This document shows, in pieces, positions 1 through 6,497 of a stretch of DNA of 13,647 nucleotides. A program made the translations under genes and the position numbers. The notes below the pieces were generated by a model. The model searched no databases, was not told the origin of the DNA, and saw nothing but the letters and a program-made list of their open reading frames with translations. Origin of the DNA: Planctomycetales bacterium (lineage in GTDB: Bacteria > 4484-113); NCBI GenBank assembly GCA_037445915.1, contig JBBIJQ010000052.1, positions 1 to 13,647 on the forward strand, given 5' to 3'. Position 1 is the first letter of the stretch. Each line of letters starts with the position of its first letter.

Positions 1-1
1 G

Positions 2-2074
2 ACTAGCAAATCTGCAAGTTTTTACGACCTTAAGCCCTCGCTTTATCAAGTCTCCGACCTGAAGTGGAGTAACGGTCAGTCATCACCGGTTAAGCTAACT
101 TGGTCTTATCTCAACCCTGGGGACTACAACCAAGATGGCATCGTTTACATTTCCGACGTCACGTGCATTGCAATGCATTACGGCCATAGAATCTCTGGCG
201 GGACTTGGGATACTTGGGACGATGTGATAGATGCAAGCGATGAAGTAATGGGTCCTTCATTTGGCCCATATCTTATTGGTGACAGCCTTAATGGCGGCCT
301 AGACCTACAAGTGCTTTATGTGCCAGGTGTATACGGCACGAGCATCTCGGGCTACGCCATTTTCGGCGCAGATAGCGCAAATGGTCCTTTTGCCGAACTA
401 CAGACGCAGGTATTTGTGCCTATCTCGCAAGCAAACAGGGATGTAGATAACGATGGCGTTCAACAACGAGCGCAGTTTACTTGCGACATCTCAACAAGCT
501 ACGGTAAAAGATATATTACGGTTGTGCCTGTGGATGGAAACGGAGTCCGCCGCGATGACCTGCACGGGAACGTGCTTGACCTTGCGCCGAATATCACTGG
601 TTGGGGACCTGTTAGCGGGACGCCGAGTAGCAGTCACAATGTTCAATGCGTGCTTAGCGGACCTCATCCTTCGGGAACTAACTATCGCTGGCAGTTCGGG
701 GCGGGCGCAACTCCTTCCGTTGTCCAGTTTAACGAGCCAATGCAAAACACTGCAGTCACCTTGTCGGCGACGACAGGGCAGTATCCCGCCTCATTGATTG
801 TAAATAATGGCTTTTTCAGCGAGGCGAAAAACTGGAACTTGGTCGTGGCCATAGCCCCATCAATAATTGATGTCACGCCACGACATGCGACAGCCGGTTC
901 GGCTGTAAACTTTGATGTAGAATGGTCGGGCGACACGGCCCAAGAGACCTTCGCCTGGAATTTCGGAGGAGGCGCGACGCCGAACACAAGCGCTGTAGAG
1001 CATCCGTCAGTTACAATCGGAAATCCAGGCAACTATGTCTGCTCGGTGACAGTAACAAATGCATACGGATCTGATATGTTGCAGTTTACGCTTCAAGTGG
1101 GAATTCCGCCGACAATTGTAGGCGTAACTCCCCTGAATGCTGCCCGTAGGTCACTATCCATTTTCAGCGCCGAGCTAGACGACGAAAACTACGGCCCCTA
1201 CACCTATGAGTGGACATTCGGCGGCGGAGCCAGCCCCTCATCATCTAATGATGAAAGCCCCCAGGTGACATTCTATGAACCTGGGCAGGCTGCATGCAGC
1301 CTTACAGTTACAAATATATACGGTGAAGACGAGTATCCTTTCACTGTAACAGTTCACATGAACAAGCTCTGGCTGGTTGCAGAACCGTCAACGATGAACG
1401 CTGCAAATGACTACACCGTCACTGTACGTGTTATCGCCGTAGATAACGCCTATCCGATGACATATATGGATAGTGTGGTTGTTCAGTATGATGCGCAATA
1501 CGAGGGCGCTCTCTACTACGACAGCAGCATGTTTGATACCGGAGCAATTGTGGCTGGTGATATCCCATTCTGGCTAGGTTATGAAGACCAAGCAGATGGT
1601 ATTTGGGCATCGTATAATCAGCTACCCGCCCAATTATGGATGCCTTTAACCGCCGCATTGTTCGGCCCTTTTGATGGCACAGATTTTCAAAGGCCTTGGG
1701 AATCCCCTCCTCCTCCAAGCTATGCAGAATACATCACTGCGAATATTTCACCCATACTGCTTGAGGAAGACAGAATGTTTGAGTTGCCAGCAGGATCAGG
1801 ATTACCTGCTTACTTGTATCAAGTCCCTAACCCACCAGGCACAGGGGATTTATTTAACTTCCAGATAACTCTTGACGTAGAAAATATCGGTCCATTCATG
1901 CCGACCGAGGCCCGAGTCCGCATTGTCCCAAGTTTCCTTGATCGGTATAATGACCCATATAGAGGGGACCTTTATAAGGACCCTGTAGATCCATTACCAC
2001 ATACTTGGGATTCCGTTCAGAACGAAGCTCTCTCAGAGCCCGATTGTTACTACTTGCATATTCCTATAATCTAG
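2..2074 (+). CDS. Probable secreted/surface protein, 5'-truncated: dockerin-like motif + 3 PKD repeats + C-terminal beta-rich (possibly cohesin-like) domain
   Basis: The frame of ORF 173..2074 has no stop back to position 2 (TSKSASFYDLKPSLYQVSDLKWSNGQSSPVKLTWSYLNPGDYNQDGIVYISDVTCIAMHYG...), so ATG 173 is probably internal. GDYNQDGIVYISD fits a dockerin/EF-hand loop. PKD signatures are YRWQFGAGATP, FAWNFGGGATP and YEWTFGGGASP, each followed later by a G-x-x-x-x-S-L/V-x-V-x-N strand. Confidence 0.85.
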   Translation, partial: TSKSASFYDLKPSLYQVSDLKWSNGQSSPVKLTWSYLNPGDYNQDGIVYISDVTCIAMHYGHRISGGTWDTWDDVIDASDEVMGPSFGPYLIGDSLNGGLDLQVLYVPGVYGTSISGYAIFGADSANGPFAELQTQVFVPISQANRDVDNDGVQQRAQFTCDISTSYGKRYITVVPVDGNGVRRDDLHGNVLDLAPNITGWGPVSGTPSSSHNVQCVLSGPHPSGTNYRWQFGAGATPSVVQFNEPMQNTAVTLSATTGQYPASLIVNNGFFSEAKNWNLVVAIAPSIIDVTPRHATAGSAVNFDVEWSGDTAQETFAWNFGGGATPNTSAVEHPSVTIGNPGNYVCSVTVTNAYGSDMLQFTLQVGIPPTIVGVTPLNAARRSLSIFSAELDDENYGPYTYEWTFGGGASPSSSNDESPQVTFYEPGQAACSLTVTNIYGEDEYPFTVTVHMNKLWLVAEPSTMNAANDYTVTVRVIAVDNAYPMTYMDSVVVQYDAQYEGALYYDSSMFDTGAIVAGDIPFWLGYEDQADGIWASYNQLPAQLWMPLTAALFGPFDGTDFQRPWESPPPPSYAEYITANISPILLEEDRMFELPAGSGLPAYLYQVPNPPGTGDLFNFQITLDVENIGPFMPTEARVRIVPSFLDRYNDPYRGDLYKDPVDPLPHTWDSVQNEALSEPDCYYLHIPII
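581..1355 (+). repeat. Three tandem PKD-like domains (~85-90 aa each; approx. 581-845, 853-1100, 1106-1355)
   Basis: Each unit begins P-x-I-x-x-V/W-x-P, contains W-x-F-G-x-G-A-T/S-P and ends with V-x-N plus a final beta strand. Confidence 0.85.
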
Positions 2075-2105
2075 AACTTGTAGGTTGCCAACTGATTCCG
2101 GAGCT

Positions 2106-2127
2106 GGGGCGGCGTCAGCGCCGACCC
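2106..2127. other. GC-rich hairpin between convergent genes (possible REP-like element or weak terminator)
   Basis: GGG-G-CGGCG-tcag-CGCCG-A-CCC; no U-tract on either side. Confidence 0.3.
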
Positions 2128-2206
2128 TTCGCGTACAGGATCGCTTGCGGCCAGTGGATGATGGCTGCGCAGTTTAGCGGCGGGACTGATTAAGGCACAT
2201 ATCGCG

Positions 2207-2776
2207 TTAGACGTCGTCATCCGCGCCTGCGTCAAAGCATTCGCCTTCGCCTATGATGCCGAAGCCGGACGATTCGCTCCCGTCTTCTTCCGCGCCATAA
2301 CTTGTGTCTTTGAACTCGGTGTCGCAGACGGGGCAGAACTGGACTAACTTGCCTTCTTCGCTCATCTCCTGCGACAGCTCGCCCTGGCAGAACGGGCAGC
2401 GGCGGCGGCACATCTCGCGCTCCAGCGCGGCATCTGTCTGTTGGCGTTTTGCCTCAAAGTAAGCCTCTATTGCCTTCCTGCGGCGGTGGTATTCCCACGC
2501 ATTTTCGGAGATGCGGCGGCCGGCGGGGATGTGGCTCTCGCAGAAATAAACGAGCGTGTCGCCGGGGAAGGTCACCCCGGATATAGGCTCTTCGCCGCAA
2601 AGGGCGCACTTGTAGTCTGGAATCTCTAGCGGCACGCGCTGGCGCGGCAGCGCGGCAGGCTGCGCGTCAATGACTTGCAGGCGCGGTTTGCGGCGTCTGC
2701 GCTTGCGCTTGCGCCGCTGCTCCAGGAATTCGGAGGCTGCGTTATGCGGGTCGCGGTTTTCCGGTCTCTCGTCCAA
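2207..2776 (-). CDS. Hypothetical double zinc-finger protein (polybasic N-terminus, acidic tail); start either TTG 2776 or TTG 2818
   Basis: Motifs CALC-x18-CESH and CPFC-x17-CPVC, with RRKRKRRRRKPR upstream and a D/E-rich C-terminus. TTG 2776 is preferred because an extended -10 lies 7 nt upstream of it. Confidence 0.75.
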   Translation of the reverse strand: MDERPENRDPHNAASEFLEQRRKRKRRRRKPRLQVIDAQPAALPRQRVPLEIPDYKCALCGEEPISGVTFPGDTLVYFCESHIPAGRRISENAWEYHRRRKAIEAYFEAKRQQTDAALEREMCRRRCPFCQGELSQEMSEEGKLVQFCPVCDTEFKDTSYGAEEDGSESSGFGIIGEGECFDAGADDDV

Positions 2777-2783
2777 CTCGCTT

Positions 2784-2792
2784 ATAGTATCA
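2784..2792 (-). promoter_or_regulatory. Extended -10 box TG-A-TACTAT for the zinc-finger gene
   Basis: The minus strand reads TTTTGATACTATAAGCGAGTTG; in-frame TTG follows 7 nt after the box. Confidence 0.5.
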
Positions 2793-2832
2793 AAACCACA
2801 GGGATTTAACTCCGCCAATCTCGTATGTTCTG

Positions 2833-2838
2833 TATAAT
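2833..2838 (+). promoter_or_regulatory. Consensus -10 box TATAAT, leaderless-type promoter of the transporter
   Basis: TATAAT-gcctgt-ATG(2845); no Shine-Dalgarno (SD) sequence upstream. Confidence 0.6.
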
Positions 2839-2844
2839 GCCTGT

Positions 2845-4341
2845 ATGCTCCTGGGGATAATCCTCATACTGGTCATTATCGGCATGGGCGTGTTTCTCTT
2901 TATCTACAAGCCGCCCACTGCAGTAGTGCTGCCGGTCGCAGCCGCCCTCATCGCGCTCATCGCGTTTATGCCCAGTTTCCTGCAGGGCAGCTTCGCCGAG
3001 CCGCTGAACACCATCTTCGGCACGGTGCTCTCCGACGGCTTCACGCGCCTCGCCCCGCTCATCGTCGCAGCCATCCTTGGCGCGGTGCTGGCGGCGGCGG
3101 TTGACGACGCAGGCATAGCGCGCCACCTCGTGCGCTTCGCCGCCGAGTTCGCGGGCGACTCGCCGTTCCTACTCACGCTGCTGCTCACGCTGGTCATCGC
3201 GCTGTTGTTCACCAACCTCGGCGGCTTGGGCGCAGTCATCATGGTCGCCACTACCGCCCTGCCGCTGATGCTAGCGATGGGGATGCAGCCGCTCACGGCG
3301 GGCGCTGTGTTCCTGCTTGCGCTGTCGCTAGGCGGCTGCCTCAACCCCGTGAACTGGCAGCTTTACATCACTGTGCTCGGCTTGCCGCAGGAGCGCATCA
3401 TTCCGTACGCGCTGGCGCTCTTCGCTATCTTCCTCGCCGTCACCGCAGCCTTCGCCTTCGTGCGCGTGCACCGCGAGCAGGGCGTCCGCGCAAGCGAGAT
3501 GGGCGTCACGGCGCTATGCGCGCTCGTATTCATTGCGGGGGGCGCATTCGTTTTGAAAAACGCTGCGGCGCTGGGCGCTGTGAAAATCGCGCTGTTTGCC
3601 ATCATCGGCGGGCTGGCGGCGCTGCTGACCATCCTCGCCGTCCTGCGCGTCATCGTCAACGCCTGCGGCGGCAGGTTCCTCCCCGGGCGCGTGCACTGGC
3701 TTAGCATCTGCGCGCTCATCTACCCGCTGCTGCTGCTCCTCGCCGTGAACCTCGGCACGAGCATCAAGTACATCAACGGCTTCACCATGCCGATCGGCGC
3801 GGCGCTGCTTCTCGGCATCGTTTACGCGCACGCGGCAAGCTGGGAGCGCGTGGGCGGCGAAGTAAACCGCCTCATGCGCGCGGCCTACGCCGGCTTCCGC
3901 ATGGCCATCCCCGCGATACTGCTCATGTTCGGCATCGGGATGCTCCTGCAGGCGACGATGCTGCCGCAGGTCACCGAGGCGGTGGGGCCGCTGGTCAGAT
4001 ATGTGCTGCCGACCAGCCCGCTCGCATACATCATCGCGTTCACCGCCTTCGCGCCGCTTGCGCTCTACCGCGGGCCGCTCAACCTCTACGGCATGGGCAG
4101 CGGCATAGTGGGGCTGTTCATGAAGGCGGGCGTGCTGACCGCGCCAATGCTCATGGGCGCGTTCTTCTCGGTGGGGATGATGCAGGGCGTCTGCGACCCC
4201 ACGAACACGCACAACGCCTGGCTCGCCGGCTTCCTGCGCGTCCGCGTGCTGGACCTCACACGCGCCACCATCCTCTGGGTCTGGGCTGTCGTCCTCCTCG
4301 GCTTGGCGCTCGCGGTGGTCATGTTTGGGATGGGGGGGTAA
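2845..4341 (+). CDS. Secondary transporter, IT superfamily (GntP/CitMHS-like carboxylate permease), substrate unknown
   Basis: 498 aa, hydrophobic throughout (>12 TM segments). It contains GAVLAAAVDDAGIARHLVRFAAEFAGD, LFTNLGGLGAVIMV, YRGPLNLYGMGSG and GVCDPTNTHNAW, which I recall from this permease group. Third codon positions are strongly G/C-biased. Confidence 0.8.
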   Translation: MLLGIILILVIIGMGVFLFIYKPPTAVVLPVAAALIALIAFMPSFLQGSFAEPLNTIFGTVLSDGFTRLAPLIVAAILGAVLAAAVDDAGIARHLVRFAAEFAGDSPFLLTLLLTLVIALLFTNLGGLGAVIMVATTALPLMLAMGMQPLTAGAVFLLALSLGGCLNPVNWQLYITVLGLPQERIIPYALALFAIFLAVTAAFAFVRVHREQGVRASEMGVTALCALVFIAGGAFVLKNAAALGAVKIALFAIIGGLAALLTILAVLRVIVNACGGRFLPGRVHWLSICALIYPLLLLLAVNLGTSIKYINGFTMPIGAALLLGIVYAHAASWERVGGEVNRLMRAAYAGFRMAIPAILLMFGIGMLLQATMLPQVTEAVGPLVRYVLPTSPLAYIIAFTAFAPLALYRGPLNLYGMGSGIVGLFMKAGVLTAPMLMGAFFSVGMMQGVCDPTNTHNAWLAGFLRVRVLDLTRATILWVWAVVLLGLALAVVMFGMGG

Positions 4342-4346
4342 GGAAA

Positions 4347-4374
4347 GGAGTAGGGTTGAGGGATTAGAGATTAG
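4347..4374 (+). repeat. Degenerate heptamer tandem repeat x4
   Basis: GGAGTAG GGTTGAG GGATTAG AGATTAG. Confidence 0.5.
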
Positions 4375-4418
4375 CCACAGATGGGTACGCCGGACGCACA
4401 ATCACGGCAGAACTCCGA

Positions 4419-4440
4419 TGTGTGGACTTAAGTCTACACA
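4419..4440. repeat. 22-bp near-perfect palindrome
   Basis: TGTGTGGACTT|AAGTCTACACA, one mismatch (a G-U pair in RNA). Confidence 0.75.
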
Positions 4441-4451
4441 CCATAAGAGAT

Positions 4452-4505
4452 GTGGCACAGCCGTCCCGGCTGTGTTTATACGCACAAGCGAGACGCATGA
4501 GCCAC
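4452..4505. repeat. Inverted pair of REP-like palindromes (REPIN/BIME-like)
   Basis: 4452-4474 is GTGGCACAGCCGTCCCGGCTGTG (internal stem CACAGCCG/CGGCTGTG). The reverse complement of 4483-4505 is GTGGCTCATGCGTCTCGCTTGTG. They are 17/23 identical with an 8-nt spacer. Confidence 0.65.
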
Positions 4506-4508
4506 TGT

Positions 4509-4536
4509 CCAGATTCCAGACTCCAGAAACCAGAGC
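4509..4536 (+). repeat. Heptamer tandem repeat CCAGAnn x4
   Basis: CCAGATT CCAGACT CCAGAAA CCAGAGC. Confidence 0.65.
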
Positions 4537-4651
4537 AGGGCTAGTTAGCCCGGCGTACTCAAGGGTTATCTGGTTAGCCCGCACGTTTCCCCTATAATCA
4601 AATCGCATTCGGAAAAGCCAGGACAGAGCCGGGCTAGTGAGCCCGACCTAC
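4531..4651 (-). repeat. Two direct copies (4531-4558, 4624-4651) of a 28-bp REP-like hairpin element
   Basis: CAGAGCAGGGCTAGTTAGCCCGGCGTAC vs CAGAGCCGGGCTAGTGAGCCCGACCTAC, 24/28 identical. The minus strand of copy 2 reads GTAG-GT-CGGGCT-cact-AGCCCG, the GTAG-plus-hairpin layout of REPs. Confidence 0.7.
4593..4598 (+). promoter_or_regulatory. Possible housekeeping -10 box (TATAAT) upstream of the ECF operon
   Basis: Perfect TATAAT in a GC-rich spacer; no clear -35. Confidence 0.35.
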
Positions 4652-4676
4652 CCAGGTTTATGCGCTTTGTTCCCTG

Positions 4677-4706
4677 GGAACTTCCGGCCCTGGAGCTGCA
4701 TCATAT
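4677..4706 (+). promoter_or_regulatory. Candidate autoregulatory ECF-sigma promoter
   Basis: GGAACTT (4677-4683) with CATCATAT at 4699-4706, i.e. GGAAC-N17-CATC, about 70 nt before the sigma start. This fits the general ECF pattern of AAC in -35 and a CGTC-like -10. Confidence 0.6.
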
Positions 4707-4775
4707 CTGGTGAGTGCAGAATGAAAGCCAAGGCGAAGACAGCCAGGGAAGCCCGAAGGGGAAATCCCGCTGAAC

Positions 4776-5384
4776 GTGACCGAGACCGTTTTGACGATGC
4801 TGGAGATACCGTCAAACCTGATCATTGGCTGCCTGAACGGCGACGACGCCTCGTGGCAGGAATTTATCCGCCTTACAGGCAGCCATCTCCAGCGCATAGC
4901 GAGAACCAACCTTAGGGACCCCGGCATGGCGGAGGACGTGATGCAGGAAACCTATTACAAGGCCTTCCGCAACCTCCACCGCCTCCGCGATCGCTCCAGG
5001 GTAATGCCTTGGATGATACAGATACTTGTGAACGAGTGCCGGATGCTAAACAGGAAGAACAAGCATGAAAACGAGAACGAGCGCGAGGAAAGCCTTTCCT
5101 ACACCCTTGCCTCCACCGGCGACAGGCGGGGGCGAGAGGAGACAAAAGCCATTCTGGGCAAGCTGATGCTCCAGATACCGGAGCTATACCGCGAGGTGCT
5201 CATCCTGCGGGAGATTGAAGACATGGACTATGCAGAGATTGCCGCCGCGCTGAAGGTGCCAGTGGGGACAGTGCGTTCCCGCCTCGCCAGGGCGCGCGCG
5301 ATGTGGATTGAGCTTGCAGGCAAGGTTATAGAAGACGGACAGCTTTTAGACCTTTGCCTTGACGGAGGTGACGGAGTTGCTTAA
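4776..5384 (+). CDS. ECF-family RNA polymerase sigma-70 factor (start GTG 4776 or ATG 4797)
   Basis: Region 2: AEDVMQETYYKAF...WMIQILVNEC. Region 4: IPELYREVLILREIEDMDYAEIAAALKVPVGTVRSRLARARA. About 200 aa, with no regions 1 or 3. Confidence 0.95.
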   Translation: MTETVLTMLEIPSNLIIGCLNGDDASWQEFIRLTGSHLQRIARTNLRDPGMAEDVMQETYYKAFRNLHRLRDRSRVMPWMIQILVNECRMLNRKNKHENENEREESLSYTLASTGDRRGREETKAILGKLMLQIPELYREVLILREIEDMDYAEIAAALKVPVGTVRSRLARARAMWIELAGKVIEDGQLLDLCLDGGDGVA

Positions 5385-5919
5385 TGACTACCTGAAAGGG
5401 CTTATATCCGAATACGCGGATGACGCGCTTGACCTTGAAACAACCCGCCGCGTCGCCGACTTCATTGACGGCAACGAGGAAGCCGAGGCTTACCTGCACA
5501 GGCTACAGCGCTTGCGTAAGGTTACGGCTGAGTGCCTGGGCGACCAGCCCGAAGACTTCACCCTTGACCTGCGCATGATGAACGCGCTGCGGCTTCGCAG
5601 CTACGAGCGCACCTGGCTTGAGCGCCTCGCCGAAACGCGGATACTCAGCCCGCGCACGGCGGCGGCGGCCGCCATGGCGGTGCTTGTGTTCGTCATCATC
5701 GCATTCGGGCTGATGCAGTCGCCGGTCTCAAGCTTCTTTGACCGCACCAAGGCAAAGGTTGAGCAGCTTGGCTCGGAAGCGAAGACCGGCCTGGGCGAGA
5801 GGACGCGCGAATGGGCGCAGAGCCTTGGCGAGATGTTCGCCCCGCCAAGCGACGACAAGGACGGCAACGCCAAGACCAGCTCGGTGCTGCCCGGCCAAAC
5901 GGAGGTGTGCCCGTTATGA
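5377..5919 (+). CDS. Single-pass anti-sigma factor (class I ASD-like, zinc ligands absent)
   Basis: LISEYADDALDLETTRRVADFI resembles the ASD start LSAYLDGEL. One TM segment (AAAAMAVLVFVIIAFGLM). Overlaps the sigma stop. SD GGAGGTG at 5364-5370 favours TTG 5377 over the track's 5359. Confidence 0.85.
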   Translation: MLNDYLKGLISEYADDALDLETTRRVADFIDGNEEAEAYLHRLQRLRKVTAECLGDQPEDFTLDLRMMNALRLRSYERTWLERLAETRILSPRTAAAAAMAVLVFVIIAFGLMQSPVSSFFDRTKAKVEQLGSEAKTGLGERTREWAQSLGEMFAPPSDDKDGNAKTSSVLPGQTEVCPL

Positions 5920-6497
5920 CACGCTGTTTCTATCATCCTGATGTTGATACCACTATGCGCTGCGACCTTTGCGGCAAGCCGGTGTGCGCTGCCTGCCGCC
6001 GCGAGGCGGAGAACCACCTCGTTTGCGAACGCTGCTCTGCGCGAGCCGCCAAGCACGGCTATACGGCCACAAGAGAGCATATTGAGCAGGCGAAGACGCC
6101 GTATTGGGTAGGATTGGTGATTCCCGGCCTTGCGCAGCTCCTAAAGGGCGAGATATGCAAAGGCTCACTGCTGTTGCTCTACTTTCTGCTCGCATGCTAC
6201 GCCGATATGGGCGGGCTCATAACGCTTGCTTACGGCATCAGCGCGTGGGACTGCTTCTGGCCGCTCGTGAACGAGGAAAGCCGGGGCAGCGCATTCATTA
6301 ACTTCCGCCAGTTCGCGGGCATCGTGATCATCTTCGTAGGCGCGCTGCTGCTTGCGAACAACTTAACTAGCTCAATAGTAGCTTTGTCCCAGGATATCGC
6401 AAGGCTCATCGCCAGCGGGGTCACGATTGCGTTGGGCTTGTTCGTAATCCTCTACAACATGGCAAACAGCAAGGAGGAAGCAAAAGATGAGAGTTAG
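5916..6497 (+). CDS. B-box-type zinc-finger membrane protein (B-box + TM2-like hairpin + LiaF-TM-like helices), 193 aa
   Basis: ATG 5916 has SD GGAGGTG (5901-5907) and an ATGA overlap with the anti-sigma stop, so it is preferred over 5811. CFYHP-x7-CDLCGKPVCAAC-x9-CERC, then LVIPGLAQLLKGEICKG and several TM segments. Confidence 0.85.
   Translation: MTRCFYHPDVDTTMRCDLCGKPVCAACRREAENHLVCERCSARAAKHGYTATREHIEQAKTPYWVGLVIPGLAQLLKGEICKGSLLLLYFLLACYADMGGLITLAYGISAWDCFWPLVNEESRGSAFINFRQFAGIVIIFVGALLLANNLTSSIVALSQDIARLIASGVTIALGLFVILYNMANSKEEAKDES

Noticed and set aside
453..1868. Alternate-frame and antisense ORFs inside the PKD gene
   Set aside because: Fully overlapped by a well-supported CDS and lacking recognisable motifs.
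4332..4338. G7 run as a phase-variation tract
   Set aside because: Short and in the last codons of the transporter, so slippage would barely change the protein.
2806..4401. Long antisense ORFs opposite the transporter (e.g. 3514..4401, 295 aa)
   Set aside because: Typical shadows of a gene with high third-position GC; the R/H/E-rich composition mirrors the hydrophobic codons.
4325..4608. ORFs 4325..4597 (+) and 4402..4608 (-) across the spacer
   Set aside because: They run through palindromes and tandem repeats and show no protein-like features.
4342..4775. CRISPR array, riboswitch or housekeeping ncRNA in the structured spacer
   Set aside because: Only two 28-bp copies 93 bp apart, no cas genes, and no conserved motif that I could match to c-di-GMP or cobalamin riboswitches, SRP RNA, RNase P or tRNA.
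4714..4915. Possible uORF (GTG 4714 to TGA 4773) or frameshifted sigma N-terminus from ATG 4721 (MKAKAKTAREARRG)
   Set aside because: Neither has a clear SD, and the sigma domain is complete without them. Not testable without homologues.
5811..5915. N-terminal extensions in the ORF track (5811, and likewise 5359 and 8470)
   Set aside because: Downstream starts have better SDs, translational coupling, and begin at the domain boundary.
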